Origin: Psammoneis japonica
Lineage: Eukaryota
NCBI GenBank assembly: GCA_008632985.1
Contig: QPGO01000187.1
Coordinates: forward strand, 1-64,000
Reading direction: 5' to 3'
DNA: 64,000 bases
Part shown: one piece after another, positions 1-12,893 of the stretch
How the letters are laid out: every line of letters begins with the position of its first letter
How positions within the stretch are numbered: the stretch's first letter is position 1
The notes under the pieces: generated by a model
What the model was told of the DNA's origin: nothing
Seen by the model: only the letters and a program-made list of their open reading frames with translations
The model's database searches: none
Made by a program: the position numbers and the translations under genes

Positions 1-649
1 GCTCAAAATAACAAACGCACCATGGCAATTATGAAGGGGTGGATTGTTTCTTTATTCTATAAGGTAGTTACAAGCTAGAAATATGTGACTTATTTGCCTG
101 CATTGTCAGCCAATACAATAAATTTTGAGGGTGAGAGCTAATGCACCGTGCACAAACAGCGAACCAAGCCTCAAAAGTACAGTGGGCCAGCTAGAGAGTT
201 TGCGTCAATAAGAAGAACTAGCTTTACTATTTATCATGGGAAAGTAGATTTTATTTCATTGGGGTAAAAAGTCTCCATTGCTGTTTTAGAGTGACTAGCA
301 TTGGTTTGGCCGTTGCAGCCTTCATGCATGCCCGCCTCTTGACAATCTGTTTTATTCTGAGATTGTGCAATGAAAAGACCTATGTTTACAATATTCCATC
401 ATAAGAGAGAGCTTATGAGCTTTCCTTGGCCCTTTGAAGCGATCAGGTAAGTGAAAGAGGAGCCAACAGAAAGACACTAACGACGACAACGAACGACGCC
501 ATTTTGATGCACTGTCGTCTGGTGGTATCGTTGATGGAGTGCCGTGCTTTCTGTTTTGTACTGCTGCTGTGTACGAATGTACGTGCTTGGCTCTCGGGTA
601 GTTCCTACGTAAAAAGTGTACCGGGCTATCTCCGGACCGCCCTCTTAAC

Positions 650-1032
650 TCGCACCAGACATTTCAACATCAAGTATTTTTACATCACTGACCTCATCAA
701 GAGAGGAGAACTTGAGATTAAGTTCTGCCCAACGGACAAGATGATGGCAGATTATATGACCAAACCTGTGGTTGGTAAGAAGTTCATTGTTGATCGTCAA
801 GCCATCATGAACATCCAAGTGCCTGAGATGGTCAAATTTGGAAATGGTAAGAATCTTGTCATTGGTCAGCAGGAGTGTGTTGGAAATGGTGAATTAAAAG
901 TTCAAGCACCGAAATTAGATAGCGCGAAGAAGACGTATGCGTCAGCGCTCATGTGCTCTACGTGAGGCACTGAAACTGCCGATGGAAGCAGTCATTATTC
1001 TCTTTTAACTCTTAGAAAGTATTGTGATAACA
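650..1032 (+). mobile_element. Ty1/Copia LTR retrotransposon 3' remnant (RNase H C-terminus, PPT-like tract, probable 3' LTR from 878)
   Basis: Translation RTRHFNIKYFYITDLIKRGELEIKFCPTDKMMADYMTKP is the canonical Copia RNase H end. It is followed by CAGGAGTG|TGTTGG (LTR start TG at 878). The LTR end at ...TAACA (1032) is a guess. Confidence 0.75.
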
Positions 1033-3999
1033 AGCTTGTCTATTTTACCCTCAGGATCAGACCTTAGAGGACTGAGGAGGCTCTGGAATAGTCACCAGAA
1101 GGATAAATTTCAACACGGGGATTCGGAATTTGTCGCAAATTTTTCGATGTCGCAAATTTTTCGATTCGGCAGCTTACGACGTTACAGAAGAGAAAGGTCA
1201 CCAAAGCAGATAAACTCTCCAATACACAGAAGAGACGAGCATACTTATTTCCAAGAGGCCACGCCCCGGAAGGCCTTGTTCGCGTCCAGGCAGCTGATTG
1301 TTGTCATGATTCACCACGAATTAGAAGACATGGAACTCTGTGCATCCAAGAGACACTGTCAGGAAACTTCAGAAGGTAGCCAAGACGATATATTCGATCA
1401 AGAGCAACTATAGGAAGCAAAACAAGGTCAAATAGGCTCAACAGTGCGCCGCGCGAGAAAACATATTTTGGCGCCGATGTTGTCAACGTGTCCTCAGGAA
1501 GCTCGGTTTGAAGTCAGAGAGGACGTGAACGCCTGTTGCAATTGGTCTTATAGTTTTTGTAGAGTTCAAGATTACCATGTAGGGTGATAGCTAAACAAAT
1601 TGACAAGTCCACGAATTTCTTATGTTCGGCTTTCTGGAAATGCCTTGACAAATTTTAATAGAGTTGCTCGGTTGTTTTGATGTGTTGAAACAATTAGGCA
1701 AAGTTCTAATTGTCATTTCAAGTGGTAAAGTCAGAATGAATTCATTCTGAGGGCCGGAAAAACATTCGAATGTTCGATACTTTATCTTAGAATCACCCCC
1801 AATTTATCATTTTCTATTTCGACCATTTAAATCGTTGGAAAACTCTTTTTCTTTACTCTTTAGCCATCTATTTTTCTCAAAAAGTTGAAAAAGTCGATAA
1901 GGCTTCTTTTGTCATCAGACGGTTCAGATGCTTTTATCCGTTTAGTGAGGGCGCGCGCAAAAACCCCGGTGTGACATCCGGATTTCTTTTTACGGCTACT
2001 TTGTTCGACATTACCAACACACTTACGATATAACATAACGCCACATTATTATTCACCTTATAGCTCTGAAGAGGTTTCAATAGAGAACCAACGGCAAAGC
2101 ATTTAGTCTATGAGAGATACAGCTGATACAAGCATGCGGGTGTGACACCCGGGTTTTTCATTTTGGCATATATCAAAGAGATTATGATTATCTATCATCG
2201 AACAAAATGCACCCGGCTGTTTTGCGCCGTGACTAAACGCGACAGTGCCCTAAGATGGACATTTTCCTGCAGCTCCTCAATTACTCTTAAAAGGGCTCAC
2301 CGGTGTTCTCGGCTAGGGTTGGGGCTAGAGCCCGTTCACATTCTATGTGTCCTGAATCGCCCCGTCGAAAAATGTTGGTGATCTTTTACTGGCTGGCGGG
2401 TCAAAATAAAGCGCACGATAAGGCATCTAAATAGATTAGCATTGTTAGCAGATTTTTTGTTCATGTTGTGTGTTTTGTTGAGACTGAATATCATTGTCGT
2501 CATTTCCTGGACAAAAACATCATTTATGCAGTATGACAGAGACCGGTTTCCCATGAATGTAACGAAGTTAATTGTTTTAGTTTATGAATCTCTATTCTTT
2601 TCTGAAAATATCACGGAGACCTTTTTTTACTTTTTAGATGGTTTCTTTTGGATTTATGGTGTGGATTGCAACCTAGAAATTTGTGATTTGTTTGCCTCAT
2701 TTTTCAGCCCTTGCCACAGTTTTAGTGTGCCAGTAGACAACCAAACATTGTACTCTGTGATCTGGTTTTTGAGCCATTTTTGTTGTTCAACCCATTCCAA
2801 TGACTTGTCGGTGGCCCTACGAGTGCCTTGCATTTCTCCATTCAGCGGATATGATTTTTTAAACAAACCAACAACTAAATTATAAAGTATGCGCTGCTTT
2901 TTCTTGGACAACCCACTGCACTCTGAGCTTTTAGGAAGTAAACAAAGTAACCACATTTACCTTGTTCTTTTACACAACAACTTATGAGCTATTCTTGGCT
3001 CATTTTGTTGTTAAATCCAATCGACCGACTTGTCATGTAGGCCTACGAGTACGTTTTAAGGATGAATCTACGTGCTGCGGTCTAATTTAAAATAACTCGT
3101 TTTTCCCACACTTCATTGTTATTTTGACCTGCCTCGGAGACCCCCCAAGCACTTATGCGTTCGTCAAGCCCTTCTCAGGGCTATTACACTAGCATAAGAG
3201 CTGCACATTCAAAGCTTCAAATGCCACTTATTGGAGATTAGCCGTAGCTTTCTGGGAAAATCCGATAAGTGGCATTTGACTGGCTATCGATAAGGGAAAA
3301 GTCGCGCATGCTCACAACCATTGTTTATGCATTTTATGGTGTCTTTGAAGCGGACAAAGTTCGAGCTGTCGCCGAAATTCTATTTTTGGCGAACGCGTGT
3401 ATTTAGTGCAAGAATCCGGGTTATTTTTTTATAAAAATTATGAGCTCCCAAAAAACAGACCGTAGCACGTAGATCCATCCTTAAGCTATTCACGAAGAAA
3501 AATAAGAACACAGATTTTGCGGGACACATCACTCCCTCCAACACGAGCCGAGCGAACGCAATTGAAGCTGTCATTTTTCATTTGTTTGTACTGTATTCTT
3601 CTCTTGACAAGGTCAATGTCCCCTTTGTTTTCAGAGGAGTTTTTTTTAAAACATCGTAGAGGTCCGAATAGAAGTTTCAGCGGAAAACGTGGCTTAGAAA
3701 AGCGTGAGCATTGCAGTTCCGATCCATGTTTGGCAATGGAGCGCTACAACATTTGAAGCCTTGGTAAATGTGAACCATTTCTTTTGCTTTCATTTGCTTT
3801 TAAGCGGTGCCATAAATGGAAGTTACACATTGCTCCTTTTAGTCAACGTAAAGTCAAATAAGATGCTACCGCAGAGGAGTTGGAGTGATGAAAAATCAAT
3901 TCAGCGATCAAAGCACCTGAACTTTGAAGTTAAAGATAATATAGACGCCCTCAATTGTGTTGCAGAAGTCACAACAGTGCTTGAGTACGCAGTTCAGTA

Positions 4000-4511
4000 A
4001 TATGAAGATGGTCTTAGCCATTTTTTGCAATTTGCCTGGGATAGACATTTTTGTGAGGCTTTGTTTAACGCAGCAGGTTATGTAGATATCTATTATGATT
4101 ATTGTCCCGAAATTCGGAGCATTGGACTGGGAGAATGTTTGTTCGGAGCTCAAATATTAATTATCCAATCATCATTGTAACCATATTTTTCTGTGGTGTG
4201 TGTTGGTATGAGGAATTCAGTAATATGAAACCACATCACAAAAAGTTGGACTGGGTGAATGTTTGTTCGGAGCCGAAATATTATACAATCATAATTGTAA
4301 CCATACCGGTATTTTTCTGTAGTGTGTTGGTTGGTATGAGGTATTCAGTTATTACAAATCATCATTGAGACTATATATTTTTCTGTAGTGTGTTGGTTGG
4401 TACTGGTATGAGGAATTCAGTAACATGTTGTATGAAAATGGCCTTAGCCATTTTTGGAATTTGCCTGGGATAGACAATTTTTTATAAGGCTTTCTTTAGC
4501 GCAGCTGGAGG
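4000..4511. repeat. Patchwork of short direct duplications of the 3' end of the adjacent FG-GAP gene
   Basis: GGACTGGG(T/A)GAATGTTTGTTCGGAGC...ATTGTAACCATA occurs at ~4123 and ~4249 and in the gene at ~4619. 4000-4125 resembles 4420-4560. Confidence 0.8.
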
Positions 4512-6980
4512 TTATGTAGATATCTGCACTATGCTTATTGGCCCAAGATTCGGAGCATAGTTCCAGTCAGATAGTGACACATTTTGCTTTATGCCATTGG
4601 ACCACGTCACAAAAAGCTGGACTGGGTGAATGTTTGTTCGGAGCCCAAATATTATACAATCATCATTGTAACCATATTTTTCTGTAGTGTGTTGGTATGA
4701 GGAAATTTCTTTGAACTGATTGTAAGCATTTCCGTCACATTCTCCTTCCAAAATTAGTGTAGCACCTATGCCACATGCATTTCCTTTACCAGTGTTCTTT
4801 GAAGATGCACAGGAAAGTTTGAATGAGATGAAACGATTGTTCCTCTCACTGTCAGATGGAGCATTGTAGAAATACCGATTGTAACCAAATTTGTAGGAAG
4901 TAACCATATCAACAAATCCATCATTGTTCAAGTCTACTGTAGAAAGTCCAGCAGCCTGTAATGGGATGCTGCTCTGTTTCCCCTGCTTATATTTGCAAGC
5001 ATGCCGCAAGTAGTCCACCTTGCGCATTAACTTGCAAGAATCTGCCAAATCATCTTTGGCAAACTCAGCCAGAGTGCCATTCGCAATGTCTCCAAGTGCT
5101 CCAACTGCATTGCAGTCATCCTGGAGGTTCCAGTCCTTTTTATCACTTCCTTGGGTATAAAGGAGAAACTTCGCCCCTGGTCGGTCACACATTACCAGGA
5201 GCTCTTGCCTGCCATCATTGTTAAGATCCAAAAGGCGGACAGTTGATCCACCTTTGCACTCGACCGGAAATTCTATGACAAAATTAGCTTGAGTTGGTAG
5301 CGTTCCCGGTGCACGATCTGTCGAAAAGAAAAAATCCATTTTGTTTTGGTACATAATGACAAGATCTGCCACCAAGTCGCCATCGAAATCACCCGAAACC
5401 ATGCTTCTTGCGTGGCAGTCATTATCCCCACTCCAGGAACCATGAGGGCAGCGGTCTGGTTGTTTATCGTTTGGACTCAGATTTGAAAACTTTGTTGAGA
5501 TTTCTTCCATTCGTTGAAGGGAGTGGTTGTACTTGAAGACTGCAAGGGAACCGACAGGCCTTGTGCTACAAAATTCTCGTATTTCCTTAGTAAAAGGGCC
5601 CAGATCAGGATATTTCGGATCCACACCAGGACTTGCACGCTGTGGATAACAAAAACCACGGCTCAAAACAATCTCATTTGCAATTCCATCACCATCGGCA
5701 TCGGTCAGAATCATGGATGACGTGTATTCTCGCATGCTAGTGTCTTCTTTCCATGTTCTGTTGCCTTGATTGATCAGCAGCACACCGGGAATAATTGAAT
5801 TTGTGACCGGACGATCCATAAGGCAAAAAATGTCAATCAGCCCGTCCCCATTTGCATCAAACATGTAATTCACTCGATTTCGTCCAAGAGGCATTTCCAC
5901 ACCTGCACGTCTCGCGGCAACGCGGCCTCCACGAAAAATTGTGGTCGGTTCGCCAGTGACTTGGTCCACCCCCCTTTCTCCCCACAGCAAAAGATTGTCC
6001 CGTGTGAGCGCATAATCCCTTTTCATTTCTTCACCTTTTCCTCCACCCGACGCAATCATGATATCCAACACTCCATCGCCGTCGAGATCCAGAACATTTC
6101 TACCATGAGCATCAATGTCACCAGGATCATCTTCGATAATGATGCGGTGTGGAACGGGTTTGAAAAAGTAGTCCGCTTTCTTGTCGTCTTCGTTGTTTGG
6201 AACGCTTTCGGCAAGCTCAAAAATGTTCTTGTAGTCACTCTTGTTTTTGATGTTGTGGAAATGCATCGAGTTGAACAGATCCAGCACACCATCTCCATTT
6301 AAATCTACAAAAAGAGGACTGTCAAAGTATCCATACGGTTTTCCCGAGTGTTTCCACTGATCAAAGTATGGATCCTTCAAGATGGATCGAGTCACATCTC
6401 GAAACTTGACACCGACCGAGCAGGGTTTGAAACAAAAGTAACAATAGGAACAGTTTCGCCATGTACAAACATTGCCGTGCTGTTCATTGCTAGCAACCGC
6501 AGCAATGCACTCGTCGTCGCATCGTTTGATGGTTTCACAAAACGCGCATCCTGTGCACCCCTCCCACGTTCGGCACACGTCCCAAACACGATTCTTAGCC
6601 TCACATTGTGCAATGCACGGAAGCTTGAGTTGATTTTGAGCATGACTCTTTTTCAAGGCATCTGCTCCACTTTTGTTGCTCTCCATGGTTGTTTCTGGAT
6701 TGTGCTTCGAAATAACGGCGGTGCTGGTGTTGACGTTGCGACCTGAGGAACTTGCCATGCCACTGCTGTTCTGCGGCAAAGATTTGGATCGTTTCTGCAT
6801 AACATTTGTCCACCATGTACCAATCACAAGTGTCAAGAACAAACAGAAAAACAGTCGGCGTTGCGATTTTGCTTCGTGAACTGCCGTTCTGCTGCTGTTT
6901 GCTGCTTCTTGGTCCTCGGTGGCTACACCTTCATAATGACATCTCTTTCTCAACATCTCATCGCTTTTTGAAGATGCCAT
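4512..6980 (-). CDS. FG-GAP/VCBS-repeat, CRTAC1/ASPIC-UnbV-like protein with N-terminal TM anchor and Cys-rich region
   Basis: Repeated DxDxDG motifs (DLNGDGVLDL, DLDGDGVLDI, DANGDGLIDI, DFDGDLVADL, DLNNDGFVDM), a C-terminal NACGIGA...IIFGL...VTWSNG ASPIC/UnbV-like segment, and hydrophobic LFFCLFLTLVIGTWW. ATG at 6980 chosen as start. Confidence 0.8.
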   Translation of the reverse strand: MASSKSDEMLRKRCHYEGVATEDQEAANSSRTAVHEAKSQRRLFFCLFLTLVIGTWWTNVMQKRSKSLPQNSSGMASSSGRNVNTSTAVISKHNPETTMESNKSGADALKKSHAQNQLKLPCIAQCEAKNRVWDVCRTWEGCTGCAFCETIKRCDDECIAAVASNEQHGNVCTWRNCSYCYFCFKPCSVGVKFRDVTRSILKDPYFDQWKHSGKPYGYFDSPLFVDLNGDGVLDLFNSMHFHNIKNKSDYKNIFELAESVPNNEDDKKADYFFKPVPHRIIIEDDPGDIDAHGRNVLDLDGDGVLDIMIASGGGKGEEMKRDYALTRDNLLLWGERGVDQVTGEPTTIFRGGRVAARRAGVEMPLGRNRVNYMFDANGDGLIDIFCLMDRPVTNSIIPGVLLINQGNRTWKEDTSMREYTSSMILTDADGDGIANEIVLSRGFCYPQRASPGVDPKYPDLGPFTKEIREFCSTRPVGSLAVFKYNHSLQRMEEISTKFSNLSPNDKQPDRCPHGSWSGDNDCHARSMVSGDFDGDLVADLVIMYQNKMDFFFSTDRAPGTLPTQANFVIEFPVECKGGSTVRLLDLNNDGRQELLVMCDRPGAKFLLYTQGSDKKDWNLQDDCNAVGALGDIANGTLAEFAKDDLADSCKLMRKVDYLRHACKYKQGKQSSIPLQAAGLSTVDLNNDGFVDMVTSYKFGYNRYFYNAPSDSERNNRFISFKLSCASSKNTGKGNACGIGATLILEGECDGNAYNQFKEISSYQHTTEKYGYNDDCIIFGLRTNIHPVQLFVTWSNGIKQNVSLSDWNYAPNLGPISIVQIST

Positions 6981-6999
6981 TGTTGTTGCTGTGGCTGTG

Positions 7000-9900
7000 G
7001 TCTTGCTGAAACGAATGAAAAGATGCATCCAGGGACAGCCTCGGCGACGGAGGGCGACGACGACTCGCGATCGACAATGACCGTGTTCGCAGATGCGCCG
7101 TCGCGCGCGCAGAGCGTAAAATGATGGTCTGTCCTGGTGCATTTCGTGCTCGGCGATGACGGCGGCATGCAACACCGGTGCGTGGTGGCGGTTAGCGAAT
7201 CAATGGCAAAAGCCACGTTCGGAAGTGTGCGGTTTTGTCAATGCGAGAATGAGCATCATGATGATCATGAGGGCAACCCATCTTTGCCTGTGGGGATCGC
7301 TTTTGCCCCGCGCATCTTCTCGCCAAACCAGCGCCAGATTTTTTCTGTCACCTTGGTTTGACAAAAACACAATGCCGCCTTTTGGTGGGTGCTGCAACAC
7401 TCAACACAAATGGCAGCAGCAACAACAACAACACATGACAATGAGAAGTGCAGAGAGGAGGAGCTGAGCTTGGAAACTTCCTTCTTTGGTGATTTTCAGA
7501 CCAACCTGATGACAGCTTGAGAGCTGGGAGAGTGGGCTCTCACAGAGCCACCTCCTGTGCCAAAGCACCGGCAGCAGACACAGGGTTGGCAGCAATGGAT
7601 GAGGAGGCAGGCATGGATGAGGTGGCAGTCATGGGCATGAACTCCAGAATTGCACTGCTGCAGTGGTGTCAATGGCAATGGCACTGATGTGTCAGGTGTC
7701 AGACCCAACTGGGCAATTCAGCCAATGGGAACGGCAACAACTTTGCTTCAATGGTGGACAGGCACATGTGATGCAAGCCAGCAAGCACATGAACTGGGCC
7801 AGTGGGCACAGACATGGCAGAACTGGGTGTGGCAGCAAGGGTCATCAGGCCACGGGTGTGGTGGCCACACAGGAAGAGCAGAAGGACCAGGATGAGGGCA
7901 ATGACATGCAGCTGACATGCTGGGCATGGCAGATGTGGAAATGACAACAACAACAGGTGTGGCCATTGCATGGGGTGCATTGTTCCTGCAATTGACTCAC
8001 TGGGGTGTTGGCAGCAGCTTTGGCATGCAAACGCAGTTTTCTGTTTTTTTGCTGTTGAACTTGGTCGTGCCAACTAAACTCCACCCAAAACAAACTGAGC
8101 TGGAGCAGCATTGTTTCAAAGCATGGCATGTGGGCTGTTGGCCAAGCACAGGCAATGAGTGTGGCAACACCCAGACATTCATCATGGAATGAATGTGATG
8201 CCCGTGTGGTTGCTCATTGTGCAGGCACCAACTGACAAATGAGGTGTCCAATGTCTCAACCCATTCTTGGAATCACTTGAACCAGCAACCCAAGTGCCAG
8301 TGGTGAGATGTTGCACTGCATGAACAGACCCAAAGTTGATGAGGAATTGCTTGTCAGTTGCAGATCAAATGCCATGGTTTGGGGTGGACATGGATCACTC
8401 ACTCATTGGCCCAAATCAGTTGAGAGCATTTGTCGTGCCAGCACACAACAACCCTCATGACACTTGACATGGACTTGGCATCAAGGCAGACAAAGCACTC
8501 ATCCCCTTCAACGCCACAGGGATGATTGCATCTTTTGAGTCCAGTTTGCCAACTGACTGGGAAGAAAACAACTTGCCCATTGCCTTGCTTGCAGGTGACA
8601 CCTGAAACACTGCGGAGAGTTGGGGACATGAGCTTTCTGAATTGGGCTCTTGAACAGGCAGAGATGCAAGTCAGCAGCAGAGGAGATCACACTGACATTG
8701 CACCTTTGGATGTGCATTTTTGGGGCATGTGTTGGTGTCATTGGCAGCTTGTGCTGAGGATGACAAAAAGGCTCACAGGTTGCTTGAGACATTGGTGGCA
8801 CAAAATTCGATGAAATGAGAACCGTGAAAAAGTTGACAAAGCTGGCAGAGCTCTGTTTGCTGGCTTGAAGTCATGGCAGACAGTGGTCTGTCCTCAAGAA
8901 AGTTCCAAGATGATGCTAAAAACCCAGCTCTCCAGCAGATGTGAGTGTGTGCAAATTGTGCATGCAGTGGTGCAGGACTTGCCACCACAAATGTCCTTCA
9001 GCAAACATGGTGGGCTGGGAAGAAGAGACTTTTTCTTCTTTCCCTGCATGGTTCTGGACAACTCACTGCTGCGTTGCCATTTTTTCCTGTGCATTTTTCC
9101 ATGTCAGGCACAAACAACATGCTGGCATGCATGATTTGTCACACTTGAAAGTTGCCACTGCAGAAAAAAATTAACTTTTTCACAGTTGACAGCAGAGGAA
9201 CCTGGGTTGTCAACAGGAGGACAGCTTGTTTTGGCTCCAGAACTCTCATGTTGACAGGCATGTGCACAAATGCCATGGATGATGGGCCTGGACTTTCCAG
9301 CAGAAGAGCCTTTTGGCAAGGTGTTGACAAGAAGAAAATTGAATCATGCGGAAACCAAGCCTCTCTGTGGTGGCCAGGCAATGTCATTGCAACAACTGCA
9401 AGGTGGTTGAAGAGTGCAGTCTAGAGCTGGTGTGATCATTGTGTTGGGTCACATTTTGTGCCACAACAGAGCCAGAAGTGTGAAGAGACAGGCTCCAAAC
9501 ACTGCAAGAAGAAAAAAAAAGTGACTGACAAAACCATTGAGCTCAAGGTGCCATTGGCACCCTCAATTGTTGAGAAAGTCCCAACAGCTCATCAGCGTGT
9601 CACACAGCTCAACAAATGCATGACAGTGGTTTCTTGACTGGCATCAAGCACAAACAACCAGAAAAAGAACTGGAGCTGAAGACAACCCAGATGCCCAGCT
9701 CTGGCCCTCAATCATTGCTGGCAGTGCTGTCAGCACTGGGAGCCTTAGCTCTGCCATGCTGGTGTGCAGCTTGCCTGTGCATCATTGCATGCCGCACACC
9801 CCATGCACTCAGCAACAGCATGGGTGGTCTTGGCAAAGTTGTCCTTGCTGGCAGCAACATGCATGGCATCCTTCAGATTGCTGTGCACCTCCACAAACTT

Positions 9901-12780
9901 GGAAGCACCACCTCTGTGGTGGTTCTTGTTGTGCCCATTGTGCGGCATGTGGGTGGGTGATTGTTTGCATGCAGACAAAGGGGCTCATGCAAATGGGCCT
10001 GTTCATGACTCCATGTCCAGGTGGACAATGAGCTTCACAGGGACCACTTCTTGTCACCAAAGTGACAACCTGTTGCATTTTTTCTTTGGGCATTGAGCAG
10101 CAGCACCAATTGGCAAAAACTGTTTTTCTAAGCTCTGGTTGCAGCCCCAGTCACATGGCTTTAATTCAGTGTGCCAGATGTGATGGCAGCCATGAAGGAT
10201 GGGGCAGCCACATCTCTCAGTTTGCAATGAAAGCAACACTCTCATTTGCAAGCCATGTCTTCCATGGCAGCTGCTGCCTTGACGTCTTCACACTTGAGAT
10301 TGGAGGGGCCAGGTTGGGAGCAGTCAATGGTTTGGTTCAAGCAAGATCTAAGAAGCTGGTTGAACAGCACTTGCTCAATGGGATGCATGAGGAAGCCTTT
10401 GGGTGAGAGGAACCACATCAGCCTCAGCCTCTTTGGCTTCTTCTTTCTGTTCCACAAAAACATCAAATAATTTTAAAGCAGTGGACTTGGGCTTGGCTGC
10501 ATTGGTGTTAACACCCAGAGCAGAGCAGGCCATGTTGGCATCATCAACACTCAAGGTGAAAAAGGAATTTGCAGCAGGCTTGCAAGAAAGAGCCTCATCA
10601 TCACTGGCAACTTGTTTGTTTGTGTTGAGCTTTGGTCCCACCAACATTTTTTTCTTGACTTTGGCACAAAGGCAGTGACATCATCTTCATCACTGCCAAG
10701 GAAAGTGATGAGATTGTTGGGCAAGAGCCACCTGGAGTCATGTCCCACTTTAAAGAGTGTTGGCATTTACCACATGCATTTTTGGCAGTGGCCTTGTGAG
10801 GTGTGGGGCTGTGTCATCACTGCCACCAAAGCAAATGCTGCAAAAAAGAAGGAGAAGAAGGAATGTGCAGTAATTGAGGTGTGTCAACAAGCCACAGAAA
10901 AGCATTGCACACAAAACACAATGATGCTCACTGCCTGAAGGTCAAGGAGGAGATGCATCATGTTAACTGACATTTCCACCCCCTTGCTCACATGTGATGA
11001 CTTGAGTGCCAACGCCAAAGCCACATGTGACAAGCAGAAGTAAAACAAAGAAGGAAAAAATGGCTGAAAACTTGGGGCAACAATGGCAAATGTGCCATGT
11101 GTTCTTTCTCTGTGGAGCTGTTCCCAAGAAGAAGAGGAAGGAAAGGTTGCTCACAAAGCCACCAGTTCTTTGAGGCTGTCAGGCAACAAAGTCACGGCCA
11201 TTGGCCAGCACCATTTTGAGCTAGAAGAAACACACAGAAAGAGTTGCAAATTTGTTTGATGATGGAGCACATCTTGCAAAGACAACAAGATCTGCAAGAA
11301 GATGTGCAAATCAGGTTCAGATGCACACAAAAAAGGAAATGATGGATTGTTGCTGCACAGCATGAAGCTGGAGGCTCTCTCTCCTGGGAAACAAAAGCAT
11401 GCTTTGCATCTGACACTGTCCACCTCAAGGAGAAGCAAGGCCACAAACTTGACAAGACCTTGAAGGAGATGAAGGGCAAGCTTGGGAAAAAAAGGTGCTT
11501 GCGCCAAGGTGAGCAGTGTGGGACATGGGATCAGCCTGCTTGACAACTTTCAGGGAGGCTGATGTGAAGCTCACCCCCTCATTCAGCTGGCCAGGAGGAC
11601 AGAGCTGAATGAAGCAGCCAAAACATGCAGTTCTGCTTGGGATTGAAGAAGCAACATGATTTGTCTTGCACTTGGAAATTGAGAGCTGGTGGGCAGAAGC
11701 TCCCTGATGGTTGGAAAGCAAAGGCAAAGCAACAGGAGATGCAACAGGATTGTGCGCCCTTGCAGGATTGACAGGGTGCCTGATGAATTTGTGTCACTGT
11801 CCCTCCCGCGGCATTCTGCAAACCACTGGATGTGTTCAAACATGGCAAGAGCCCACAAGGCCAACATGGGATCTAGAAAGCACAACATTTGAGCCAGGGA
11901 AAGGAGAAGGAGTGGCTCACCTGCAATCAGGCATCACTTTCTCCAAGAAGAGCAACAAGTTGTGGCCATTTGTGATTTGGAAGGGTGTGCCAGTGAGTCT
12001 GCCACATGCAAGAAACACCACCACATTGTGTGCAAGACAGCTGGTTGCAAAAAGGAAGACAGGTTTGACAACAAGCACTCCTTTGAGACAAGAGTGCAGT
12101 GGCAGTGTCAACAATTGCCAAATCTTTGAGTGAGCTTGCAAATGATGTGTTGGGCTGTGTTGCCCTTCCTGGCATTGGGGGTCATTGATTCAGAGGGAAG
12201 GGAAAAAGGAGGGGCCGGCCCCACAGTCACACCCTTGCTCATGATGGGCACTCAAACCAGAGAGTTGAAAGACAGGGTGGCTCTGCTCCACAAGCTGCTC
12301 TAATGGCAAGAAGAATTGTTGCACCCAAAGGACATCCTCTTGACACACCTTGGTTGACAAAATGTGGGAGGCACCCTGTCAAGAAGATCATGTCCATGAG
12401 ATGAGAGAAAGCACACTGGAAGCCTCCCCTGTTGACACCCCCAGCAGCCCAGCTGCTCTGTCCAGGCAGCTCACTGCACAGTGGACAGTACAGGCCTGGG
12501 AAAAGGTCCCAGAGGAAGTTGTGTGCAAGCTCGTTTTGGTTGCTGGCTTGCAAAGATCCAACTGTTGAGAGCAGCCTGACCTGCACAGCCACTCTGCCAA
12601 GGCTGAAACAGCAGCAGAGTGCAGTGTGGTGGGCAAAGATGTGGTGACTGTATTCAAGCAGTTGGAGGATTTTGATGGAAGCAGCGTGGAGTGTGAGGAG
12701 GAGGATCAACTCTGCAGCATTCCTGCTTTGGCTCATTGGCAGAAAAATCGATCCTGCTGGGTTGTTTGCAGCTTACAGCA
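7000..12780. repeat. TpA/CpG-depleted decayed repeat domain
   Basis: TA almost absent. CG almost absent from ~7400 onward. Dense short Cys/His/Trp-rich, Tyr-free ORFs in all frames. Confidence 0.85.
11200..12720 (+). pseudogene. Degenerate pogo-type (Tc1/mariner, DDE_1) transposase
   Basis: Fragments KLWPFVIWKGVP (cf. KLPPFVIFKG) and SRQLTAQWTVQAWEKVPEEVV (pogo C-terminal WV..AW helix) in the expected order, broken by frameshifts. Confidence 0.6.
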
Positions 12781-12893
12781 CCGTACGACGTACAGCACAA
12801 GTGCATAAACTTCTTGACGACAACTTGTCACGTGTCACGATGAGACGCAGAGAGAATCATCAAGTGTAGTGGAAGAGCTAATAAAAAGCAACA

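Noticed and set aside
1062..2290. Possible element bounded by imperfect TIRs (TGAGGAG...GGAA) and TTAA-like ends
   Set aside because: Similarity is too weak and there is no clean TSD.
8670..8740. DIAPLDVHFWG as a Tc1/mariner SPDLxPLD motif, and ELKPCDWGCNQSL (~10130-10170, - strand) as a pogo QPxD motif
   Set aside because: Single short motifs in heavily mutated DNA with no supporting neighbours that I could verify.
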